Counted from the stretch's first letter, positions 1 to 7,150 are shown. The stretch is DNA of 24,000 nt from Massilia sp. NR 4-1 (GCF_001191005.1 NZ_CP012201.1:3013297-3037296); one strand, 5' to 3'. The notes: a model not told the origin generated them from the letters alone. Translations and numbers: made by a program.

Positions 1-1
1 C

Positions 2-682
2 CTTTCCGCCCCTCGCGCCATCCTCTTCGACCTGGACGGCACCCTGGCCGACACCGCGCCCGACCTGGCCGCCGCCATCAATCTGCTGCGCAGCAAGCGC
101 GGCCTGGCGCCGACGCCGTATGACGTGCTGCGCCCGACCGCCTCGGCCGGCGCGCGCGGCATGATCGGCGCCTCCTTCGGCCTGGCACCCGGCGACGCCG
201 GCTTCGAGGAATTGCGCGTCGGCTTCCTGGCCAATTACGAAGCCGCCATCGCCGTGCACAGCACCCTCTTCCCGGGCGTGAGCGAGCTGCTGGACGGCAT
301 CCAAAGCGCCGGCCTGAGCTGGGGCATCGTCACCAATAAGGCGGCCCGCTTCACCGAACCGCTGGTGCCGCTGATCGGCCTGCACCAGGCCGGCTGCGTG
401 GTCTCGGGCGACACCACCGCGCATGCCAAGCCGCATCCGGCGCCGCTGCTGGAAGCGGCCGCGCGCCTGCAGCTGGCGCCGGAACAATGCTGGTACGTGG
501 GCGACGATCTGCGCGACATCCAGGCCGGACGCGCCGCCGGCATGGCCACCGTTGCCTGCCAATGGGGCTATTGCGGCGCCAGCGAACCGTCGAGCTGGGG
601 CGCCGACCACCTACTGCCCACGCCGGACGCCTTGCTGGCCCTGATCCGCGCCACCGTTGCGGCGGCGCCGCTAGCCGCCTGA
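2..682 (+). CDS. gph: HAD-superfamily phosphoglycolate phosphatase-like hydrolase; 5' end lies upstream of the window
   Basis: The frame is open from base 2 (LSAPRAILFDLDGTLADT...). HAD motif I DLDGT, motif II IVTNK, conserved Lys in HAKPHP and motif IV VGDDLRD are present. TGA stop at 680-682. Codon usage is GC-rich like the flanks. Confidence 0.8.
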   Translation, partial: LSAPRAILFDLDGTLADTAPDLAAAINLLRSKRGLAPTPYDVLRPTASAGARGMIGASFGLAPGDAGFEELRVGFLANYEAAIAVHSTLFPGVSELLDGIQSAGLSWGIVTNKAARFTEPLVPLIGLHQAGCVVSGDTTAHAKPHPAPLLEAAARLQLAPEQCWYVGDDLRDIQAGRAAGMATVACQWGYCGASEPSSWGADHLLPTPDALLALIRATVAAAPLAA

Positions 683-709
683 TAACAAGTATTTTTATGC
701 AACATCAAG

Positions 710-739
710 TTGCCATATGGCAATCAACAGGCGTACTAT
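710..739 (+). promoter_or_regulatory. Putative sigma70 promoter (-35 TTGCCA 710-715, 18-nt spacer, -10 TACTAT 734-739) overlapped by a perfect 14-bp palindrome TTGCCATATGGCAA (710-723)
   Basis: Read directly in the AT-rich 683-789 spacer upstream of the 790 ORF. The palindrome is perfectly self-complementary. The hexamers match consensus 5/6 and 4/6. Confidence 0.35.
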
Positions 740-789
740 ACGGATATTAGAGTCAATACGTAGTATTACCGAATAGTCCGGAGAACAGT

Positions 790-1749
790 ATGTCGAGCGA
801 TGACGCAGCGGAGCTAGCACTGCCACGAAGTAGTGCTCCGCAGGTATGGGATGCCACGGTCAGCGAAACCAGCTTTTACTGGTATGACCTGATCAACGAT
901 CCCAAGGTGCCGGATTTCCACGACCCGATCGGGCGCTACCAGCGGCGCATGCAGTTCGCGCTGGACGCGACGATGGAAAAGCGCCTGATGTTCATGCTGG
1001 TGGCCCGTCCGCGCCTGCGCTTCGATCCCAAGCGCAGCACCAGCTGGGGCTTTTTCTCCCTGAAGCTGACCATTCCCATCCTGATCGGCGGCGAAGAACG
1101 CAAAAGCACGATCACGGTCGAACTGAAGACCCCGTTTGAAGCCACGTTCAAAAAACCCCTGATCCAGCTGTACGACAAATACATCACCCTGAACTGGGGT
1201 TCGATGACGGAAACCTTCACCATCCACGACCTGATGCAGCGCCACGACACCGGCCTGCACTATCCGAGCAAGGTGCAATACGTCGGCCAGACGCGCGACC
1301 CGGCCGGCCGCCTGGCCAAGGGCCGGCTGATGGCCGTCAGCAATCTGTGCGACAGCAACGCCGCGGACTACGACACCCTGCTGCTGGTGCAAAACTTCAA
1401 TGTCGCGGTCGATACCGAGGCCAAGGAATTCGCCGAGCAAGCCTCGCAGCGCAGCCAGATGGATGTGCTGGAAGCGGCGCTGATCCGCTATTTCGAAGGC
1501 GCCGACGCGCGCAGCCCCCAGGAACACCGGCTGCGGCGCGAACGCCTGCGCAGCCTGCACGAAGCCTATATGATCGACCGCCTGACCATCGACCTCGGCT
1601 TCAAGGAAGCCAACGACTTCTATGATCTGGAATCGGTCGAAGTGGAAAAATCCCGGCGCCACCTGTTCGCCTGCAGCTTCAACGAAGGCCTGGTCGCGGT
1701 CGAGCGCCTGCCCGAGCAAGGACGTCCCCTGGTCAGCCTGGAAGCGTAA
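790..1749 (+). CDS. Hypothetical protein, 319 aa, no family recognised
   Basis: Long ORF with host-like GC-rich third positions. GGAG at 780-783 lies 6 nt upstream of the ATG. The long ORF on the opposite strand (814-1845) looks like a GC shadow ORF. Confidence 0.6.
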   Translation: MSSDDAAELALPRSSAPQVWDATVSETSFYWYDLINDPKVPDFHDPIGRYQRRMQFALDATMEKRLMFMLVARPRLRFDPKRSTSWGFFSLKLTIPILIGGEERKSTITVELKTPFEATFKKPLIQLYDKYITLNWGSMTETFTIHDLMQRHDTGLHYPSKVQYVGQTRDPAGRLAKGRLMAVSNLCDSNAADYDTLLLVQNFNVAVDTEAKEFAEQASQRSQMDVLEAALIRYFEGADARSPQEHRLRRERLRSLHEAYMIDRLTIDLGFKEANDFYDLESVEVEKSRRHLFACSFNEGLVAVERLPEQGRPLVSLEA

Positions 1750-1782
1750 GCGCCGCAAGGTGCACACTGTTGCGGAATCGGT

Positions 1783-1788
1783 TACAAT
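1783..1788 (+). promoter_or_regulatory. Putative -10 element (TACAAT) of the ssrA promoter
   Basis: TACAAT ends 12 nt before the mature tmRNA 5' end at 1800. I found no convincing -35 at 17-bp spacing. Confidence 0.35.
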
Positions 1789-1799
1789 GAAGATTCTGT

Positions 1800-2160
1800 G
1801 GGGACGACCTGGCTTCGACGTGGGTTGCAAAGCAGAACAGGGCATACCGAGGGCTGGTTACCTCGTAAATACACCCAGAAACAAACTAACTGCAAACGAT
1901 AACTCGTACGCACTGGCAGCCTAAGGGCTGTTAGCTCCTCAACGCTTCTTCCCTGGGGCGGGCCGTTAAAAGCTGAGGAGTCATTTACAGGGAATCGCGC
2001 TGCTACGGGTCACTTGGATCAGCGCTAAATTTAAGGTGAATCGCCAGTACAAAGCGTGCACATTCGCGTTGTGCTGGTTAAATTAAAAGATAGTGCTAAG
2101 TATGTAGAACTGTCTGTAGAGTGCTTGCGGACGCGGGTTCGATTCCCGCCGTCTCCACCA
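1800..2160 (+). ncRNA. ssrA: tmRNA (transfer-messenger RNA, SsrA)
   Basis: The 5' GGGGACG pairs with the 3' CGUCUCC to form an acceptor stem with the G3:U alanine identity pair. T-arm is GCGGGTTCGATTCCCGC and the 3' end is CCA at 2158-2160. The internal tag frame encodes ANDNSYALAA followed by TAA. Confidence 0.95.
1892..1924 (+). other. tmRNA proteolysis-tag reading frame (A)NDNSYALAA plus TAA stop
   Basis: GCA AAC GAT AAC TCG TAC GCA CTG GCA GCC TAA read directly. The YALAA C-terminus is the canonical ClpXP/SspB-type tag ending. Confidence 0.9.
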
Positions 2161-2194
2161 AGAATTCTTTTGAAATCAAGTAGTTAGAAATTCG

Positions 2195-2267
2195 AAGGCT
2201 GTCAATTTTGGGGTCGGATGGGGCTGATTAAGCTTCAGAATGACAACAAAATGACAGCCTTTTTTTC
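2195..2267 (+). terminator. Possible ssrA terminator: 10-bp stem (AAGGCTGTCA / TGACAGCCTT) with an unusually long 47-nt loop, followed by a T-run
   Basis: Arms at 2195-2204 and 2252-2261 are perfectly complementary, and the T-run extends to about 2266. The long loop is atypical for an intrinsic terminator. Confidence 0.35.
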
Positions 2268-2547
2268 TTGCCGATCACCGTAGCGACGTCGTTTACATTT
2301 ATCCCCGCTGCGCGTGCTCGCAGGATGCGTCCTACTCAGATAGCGTACACGCTTCCTCGGATGGGTACACAACCCGAAGTGATCACTCCACTCACGGGCA
2401 ATAGTGATTGTCGAGTCTGGAGTAGCCGGTTATGATACGGGTGCAAACTTTTTGCTCCATTTCAATAGATACAAACAGTTTTCCAACATCTTCGAGACCT
2501 TCGGAGTTTTTGCTATTCGAGCTGGCGAAAAAGGTTACAGGTTAAAT

Positions 2548-3906
2548 ATGGTAAAAATAAATAAGAAAAATCAGAGCACTAAACCAACTTTTATCGATGT
2601 ATTTGCTGGATGTGGTGGACTGAGCCTTGGACTAATGAAGTCTGGCTGGAATGGATTATTTGCAGTTGAGCACGATGCGAATGCATTCAAGACATTGCAG
2701 CATAATCTCATCGACAAAAAAGGCCCGTATCAATTTAGCTGGCCGGACTGGCTGCCTCGAACTCCTCATAGCGCAATAGATATATTGCAAAATTACATTA
2801 AGAACTTCGAAGTCTTAGAAGATAAGGTCGATATGCTCGTTGGGGGGCCCCCATGCCAAGGTTTTTCAATGGCAGGACGGCGCGACCCGAACGATCCTCG
2901 CAATAAACTTGTAGAGGCATACTTTGGTTTGGTGAATATGGTAAAGCCACGAATCGTTCTTATCGAGAATGTAAAGGGTATAACGCTCGATTTTGACGAA
3001 AAGAAGGAAGAAGGCGAAGAGCCCGGTAAGATAAATTATGCAAAAAAAATAATAAAAGAATTATCTGAAAATTATACTGTATCCTCTAAGCTAATTGATA
3101 CGTCCCAATTTGGTGTTCCTCAAAAGCGCCATCGATTCTTTATCGTTGCGGTAAGGAAAGACGTCGCGAAGAGTTTTCACCATGATCCGATTAAGCTGAT
3201 TGAAAGTGAGCGACTCTCATTTTTGAGGTCAAAAGATATCGTCAACGTTCCGATTTCGGCAAAAAGTGCGATTTCTGATTTGACAATAGAGCGCTGTGGT
3301 AAGGCAAAAAGCCGTGACAGTGAAGGCTTTGAGGAAATTCGATACGAGGGACCGCTGACTTCATATCAAAAGTTAATGAATTCAGGGAATGTGGAAAACC
3401 CTTCAGATACTCGTTTGGCTCGGCATAAAAAAGAAATCAGGGCTCGATTCAAGAAAATCATGAAGATCTGTCAAGATAGCGGAAGGCTGAATGTCTCGCT
3501 ATCGGCGGAAGTTCGTGCAAGTTTCGGGTTAAAAAAATGCGCAATCAGAGTAATGGACCCAGATAGTCCTTCCCCGACCATTACAAGTATGCCTGATGAC
3601 TTAATTCATTTTAGCGAGGCTCGCACGCTAACGGTTCGAGAAAATGCTCGTATTCAAAGCTTTCCGGACTGGTTTGAATTTAAGGGGAAATATACATCAG
3701 GAGGAGAACGTCGCAAAAGGGAGGTACCACGATTCACTCAAGTAGCAAATGCGGTACCTCCGCTAATGGCAGAGGCTATCGGAGCTACGCTTTTGAATTA
3801 CTACTTTTCATCTAAACTGCCTTTGCAGTCAACGAAGAAAAAATCTGCTCAAATGCCTCTTGCTTCTCAAGCAAAGCTAGCCGTAAATCACGCATCTCCT
3901 CACTAG
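2548..3906 (+). CDS. dcm: DNA (cytosine-5)-methyltransferase, Dcm/type II family, 452 aa from ATG 2548
   Basis: All canonical C5-MTase motifs are present. Motif I is FIDVFAGCGGLSLG. Motif IV is GGPPCQGFS, with the catalytic Cys codon at 2854-2856. Motif VI is ENVKG and motif VIII is QKRHRFFIVA. Motif IX is TLTVRENARIQSFPD and motif X is QVANAVPP. ATG 2548 is preferred over the GTG at 2404 because conserved motif I starts about 14 aa after it and an AGG lies about 6 nt upstream. Confidence 0.9.
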   Translation: MVKINKKNQSTKPTFIDVFAGCGGLSLGLMKSGWNGLFAVEHDANAFKTLQHNLIDKKGPYQFSWPDWLPRTPHSAIDILQNYIKNFEVLEDKVDMLVGGPPCQGFSMAGRRDPNDPRNKLVEAYFGLVNMVKPRIVLIENVKGITLDFDEKKEEGEEPGKINYAKKIIKELSENYTVSSKLIDTSQFGVPQKRHRFFIVAVRKDVAKSFHHDPIKLIESERLSFLRSKDIVNVPISAKSAISDLTIERCGKAKSRDSEGFEEIRYEGPLTSYQKLMNSGNVENPSDTRLARHKKEIRARFKKIMKICQDSGRLNVSLSAEVRASFGLKKCAIRVMDPDSPSPTITSMPDDLIHFSEARTLTVRENARIQSFPDWFEFKGKYTSGGERRKREVPRFTQVANAVPPLMAEAIGATLLNYYFSSKLPLQSTKKKSAQMPLASQAKLAVNHASPH

Positions 3907-4732
3907 TAAACTCCTCTCCTTTTTTGTTAAGGAGTTTCCTAGAAAACCCTTCTATCTCTACGCGGATATGTGCCAAATCATTTCGTTTTGGCATTATTTT
4001 TTCGGCGTACTCTAGCATGACCTTGTCCTGCTCATCGTAACCACCTACCAGCCTTAATGCCTTGCGTAGTAAATGCAACCGATCCGCACTTGTGTATACC
4101 AAATGCTTTTCGAATAATTGCGAAATATGGTTAATTTTCTGAAGTTCTTCCACGTTTTCATCAAACGCGTTTTTTATTTTCGCTACCTTTTCTAAAATCT
4201 TTTTAATTACTTCTTGCTGAGTTTTTGCATCACTGTTTTCGAAGATATGTAGCAAACTATCATTTACATAGTGGTCAATATCGCTGGTTGCTCCCATGAC
4301 AAGACCTCTTGAATGATCGATGTCAAGAACCTTCTTTACCAGAGACTGGAAAACTCCGTCAGCAGTATCCGGCAAATCATCTCTGCTAGATAAATATACA
4401 CCACTCACATCTGCGGCTTTTAGATATTCACGTAAATTATTTGCTTGTGCGGAATAAAATATGACGTCTTTATATGGCAGTGTCCGGCGTACTTCTTTTA
4501 ATCCCTCGTCACCATTTGGCCCGTTGTCCAAATTGTAATCCATCAGGATAAGATCGATATGGTCGGAAAATACGTTATCAGTAATGTAATTTTTAGCCTC
4601 TTCGACTGAGATGGCAAATTGAACCTTTAGGCGAAACCCTTCTGACCGAATAAGTCGCTCTAACTTCTCCTTTTGGGCTTGCACACTCTGTTGCAAGTCC
4701 TCAACCCATAGAATGTTAAAGTCTAGTCTCAT
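3812..4732 (-). CDS. Response-regulator receiver (REC) domain fused to a C-terminal helical domain with a HEPN-like Rx4H motif (RNDLAH); no DNA-binding output recognised
   Basis: REC features: N-terminal ILWVED acidic pair (E11/D12), phospho-acceptor context LILMDYNL (D65), and VIFYSAQ (S93). The C-terminal domain has KRNDLAH (R250..H255, codons 3985-3968), the RN-x-x-A-H form typical of HEPN RNases. AGGA lies 8 nt upstream of the ATG. The ATG overlaps the upstream stop as ATGA. Confidence 0.75.
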   Translation of the reverse strand: MRLDFNILWVEDLQQSVQAQKEKLERLIRSEGFRLKVQFAISVEEAKNYITDNVFSDHIDLILMDYNLDNGPNGDEGLKEVRRTLPYKDVIFYSAQANNLREYLKAADVSGVYLSSRDDLPDTADGVFQSLVKKVLDIDHSRGLVMGATSDIDHYVNDSLLHIFENSDAKTQQEVIKKILEKVAKIKNAFDENVEELQKINHISQLFEKHLVYTSADRLHLLRKALRLVGGYDEQDKVMLEYAEKIMPKRNDLAHIRVEIEGFSRKLLNKKGEEFTSEEMRDLRLALLEKQEAFEQIFSSLTAKAV

Positions 4733-7101
4733 TTTGAAATCCTAATTAAAAAGTGTGCACCCCGCCCGTTCTCACCGCTTGAGACGTCTATAGAGCCATT
4801 CATTTCGCCAAGAACGTGCTTAACATGATACAAGCCGAGCCCTGATCCATCGGTGGTAGAAAAGCCTTTTTCAAAAACTCTATCAAGCTGTTCAATCTTG
4901 TTATTAAATCCTTTTCCATCATCAAACACTTCTATGTGCAGGCCATCTTTATTAGGGTGGCTAATTTTGAACGTCATCGTTCCAGCACGGGCTTTTTTCG
5001 CGTTTGCAACAAGATTATCTATAACAACCGAAATGTCGATAGGTTTGAATTTTTGAACAAATTGTTTCCCATCATTTTCTACTTTAATCTCCATAGGGCC
5101 ATGGAGAAAATCACGAACCACTCCCTCTATATATTGCTCAATGTAACTACCAACGTCTGCTTCAATTTTTTCCGACGCCAATCTAAAATTGGCTTTGGTG
5201 GCAAACTTGGAAACTCCCATAATGCGCTTATTTATTAGCGCAACTCGCTCAAGAGCGTTAACAACTTCTTCGGTAGAAACCGTTTCTTTCCCAGCAATTC
5301 GCACCAAGAAATTCTCTATCTGCTGATTGATATCTACAGAGTAAATTGTTACCTGATGATGAAGATTAAGAATCGTATCGGTGTCTAACGTAGAAATTGA
5401 AGCGAGAAAGAGATTACGTTTCTTTTCTTCCGCTAATTGTTCTTTTACCGTTGCTGACGCATGTTCCGCTGCACGTGCCCGCTCTAATGCCGCTTCTTTA
5501 GCAGTGCGTTCCTCATCAGCTTGACGTCTTGCAGCCTCTTCAGATCGTCGCAATTCGTCAAATTTTCGTTCTGCCGACTCAATATTCTGAAAAAGCTCGG
5601 CATCCTTAGTTTTTTCTGCAATTGACCTTAGGCTTGCCAACGAGCCTTCAAACTGCGACGACCGTTCGTCTAAAATATTGATTAATTTCTTGCTGTACTC
5701 AAGTAGTTCAATCTCGTCACTATCAACAAGTTTGGCGACTGCAGTTGCTACCCGCGCTCTACCTGGGTCCGTCAACAATCTAGATATATCGCTTGTATTC
5801 TTATCTTCCTTGTCGATGAAAGTAACGGGGACTACATAGCGCTCCAGTCGCTTCAAACAATGCTCATGAAAGCATTTCTTTAATTGAGCTACCGCTAGTG
5901 TCTCAATAAGACCAGTATCTCGGCTGGAAGACTCATGAAAATCGTCATCGGCTCCTGAAACATCAATCCGACCGATTACATCTCGCGTTCCTAAGAAACG
6001 TGCATAGCCCTGCTGCTTACGCCGATCCATTCCAAACCAATCATCGCCTTCTTCGCCAATTGGAAAGACTCGAAAGCCATTTCTAAATAGAAAAACTGCA
6101 CCGAATTGAACGGAAGGGACTCCCATGCGGCGCGAAAATGTCAGCTTTGCCGATTGATTAAGGAAGAAAATTTGACAACGGAACCCGGACCGAAAAAGTA
6201 ATGGATATTCATTGGGCTCGCGAATTCTGTAGATTAGCTCACTTCGATCAGTCAGTGAGCTTTCAATAAAGTTTCCACTTGGGTCAATTCGAACATCGAT
6301 GAAGGTAGTTTTTTCTTGCAGCGTAGAAAAGATGAAATTTCCTACGGGACCATTTGCAACCGAGTTAGGGGAAATCTCAAATTCTTTTCGTTCTGAGTTC
6401 GTGATTTCAATTTGGTCTTGACGTAACTCTGAAGGAGCGTGAACTACAATGTTGAAACCATCGGCTTCGGCTCCGAAGGGGTTTATCAATTTCGCGAGCG
6501 CAGATTTGAGCCGCAGAATTGAATCTCTATCCCATTCCCGACGAGTGTTCTCAATAGTCAGGACAGTGCCATGCGATCGTGTCGCTATGCCTTCCGGTAA
6601 TTCGAAATTGTCTAACTCTGCAGAGTAAGCAACTTCGATATTTTCGAAGCGCTCCTTATGGTCGCGATCGAAGAGATTCCAGTCGACAACCAACAAATGC
6701 ACCGGCTTTTGATCTTCAGTTTGGTGCCGGGTCTGAAGTTTGACTATTTGACCCAGACGGTCGGAGGAGAAACGACCAATTCCCTTACTGCCTGCGTAGT
6801 GGTGACGCTCCGCGATATCATCGCGAAACCCGCCCAACCTCGTCTGGCCACGCTTTGATGAGTAAGCAACAAACAACCACTTATTGCGAATATCATCGTA
6901 GGTCATTCCTATACCGTTGTCGGCCACTACAATGGTGCTATTGCCAAAGTAAAGATCGACCTGACTGGCATCGGCATCGAACGAATTTTTGACAAGCTCA
7001 AAAATTGCGACCTCATCATCCGTGATGAGATCGCTACCTAGCACGCTCTTGAGCCCACTACTTACGTCAAAGTGCAGGTCAGGGGCCTCGTCATTTGTCA
7101 T
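4729..7101 (-). CDS. 790-aa dual-GHKL protein: N-terminal MutL/MORC/Hsp90-clade ATPase, central domain, coiled coil, and C-terminal histidine-kinase catalytic module
   Basis: N-terminal Bergerat motifs are ELVKNSFDADA (E35/N39/D42), VADNGIGM (D61) and GSKGIGRF. A charged heptad-like stretch (about residues 500-565) reads ERKFDELRRSEEAARRQADEERTAKEAALERARAAE. The candidate H-box is ILNLHHQV (H581/H582, codons 5361-5356). HK N-box is VIDNLVANAKKA, G1 is VFDDGKGF and G2 is DGSGLGLY. Codon usage is AT-rich like the island. Confidence 0.8.
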   Translation of the reverse strand: MTNDEAPDLHFDVSSGLKSVLGSDLITDDEVAIFELVKNSFDADASQVDLYFGNSTIVVADNGIGMTYDDIRNKWLFVAYSSKRGQTRLGGFRDDIAERHHYAGSKGIGRFSSDRLGQIVKLQTRHQTEDQKPVHLLVVDWNLFDRDHKERFENIEVAYSAELDNFELPEGIATRSHGTVLTIENTRREWDRDSILRLKSALAKLINPFGAEADGFNIVVHAPSELRQDQIEITNSERKEFEISPNSVANGPVGNFIFSTLQEKTTFIDVRIDPSGNFIESSLTDRSELIYRIREPNEYPLLFRSGFRCQIFFLNQSAKLTFSRRMGVPSVQFGAVFLFRNGFRVFPIGEEGDDWFGMDRRKQQGYARFLGTRDVIGRIDVSGADDDFHESSSRDTGLIETLAVAQLKKCFHEHCLKRLERYVVPVTFIDKEDKNTSDISRLLTDPGRARVATAVAKLVDSDEIELLEYSKKLINILDERSSQFEGSLASLRSIAEKTKDAELFQNIESAERKFDELRRSEEAARRQADEERTAKEAALERARAAEHASATVKEQLAEEKKRNLFLASISTLDTDTILNLHHQVTIYSVDINQQIENFLVRIAGKETVSTEEVVNALERVALINKRIMGVSKFATKANFRLASEKIEADVGSYIEQYIEGVVRDFLHGPMEIKVENDGKQFVQKFKPIDISVVIDNLVANAKKARAGTMTFKISHPNKDGLHIEVFDDGKGFNNKIEQLDRVFEKGFSTTDGSGLGLYHVKHVLGEMNGSIDVSSGENGRGAHFLIRISK

Positions 7102-7150
7102 AGGATTCCAGTGCTGAAGTTGGTTACTGGTAACAATTTATCAAAGAAGC

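Noticed and set aside
1242-1500. A possible GIY-YIG nuclease motif (GLHY...YVGQT...R...E) in the 319-aa hypothetical protein.
   Set aside because: The spacing between the GIY-like and YIG-like elements is much shorter than in genuine members, and the other conserved positions cannot be placed by eye. It needs a profile search before any claim.
814-1845. Long ORFs antisense to, or out of frame with, clear genes. These are 814-1845(-), 11579-12961(-), 13100-13879(+), 14379-15170(+), 16272-17528(+), 16372-17436(-), 17628-19862(-), 21295-22206(+), 22285-23136(+) and 7581-8054(-), plus many shorter ones.
   Set aside because: These are typical stop-codon-poor shadow frames of GC-rich DNA. Their translations are Arg/Ala/Gly/Pro-rich and low in complexity. 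In each case the overlapping frame carries recognisable family motifs.
2220-2237. GGGGCTGATTAAGCTTC inside the post-ssrA hairpin loop, which resembles the 5' end of tmRNAs (GGGGCUGAUU...GCUUC/GAUUC).
   Set aside because: Similarity is limited to about 10-11 nt. No tag frame or 3' tRNA-like half follows. Islands duplicate the 3' end of tmRNA, not the 5' end. This is most likely coincidence.
2404-2547. A GTG-initiated 48-codon N-terminal extension of the methyltransferase ORF.
   Set aside because: Conserved motif I begins about 14 aa after the internal ATG at 2548, which has an AGG upstream. The extension has no recognisable fold or HTH and begins in what looks like promoter DNA.
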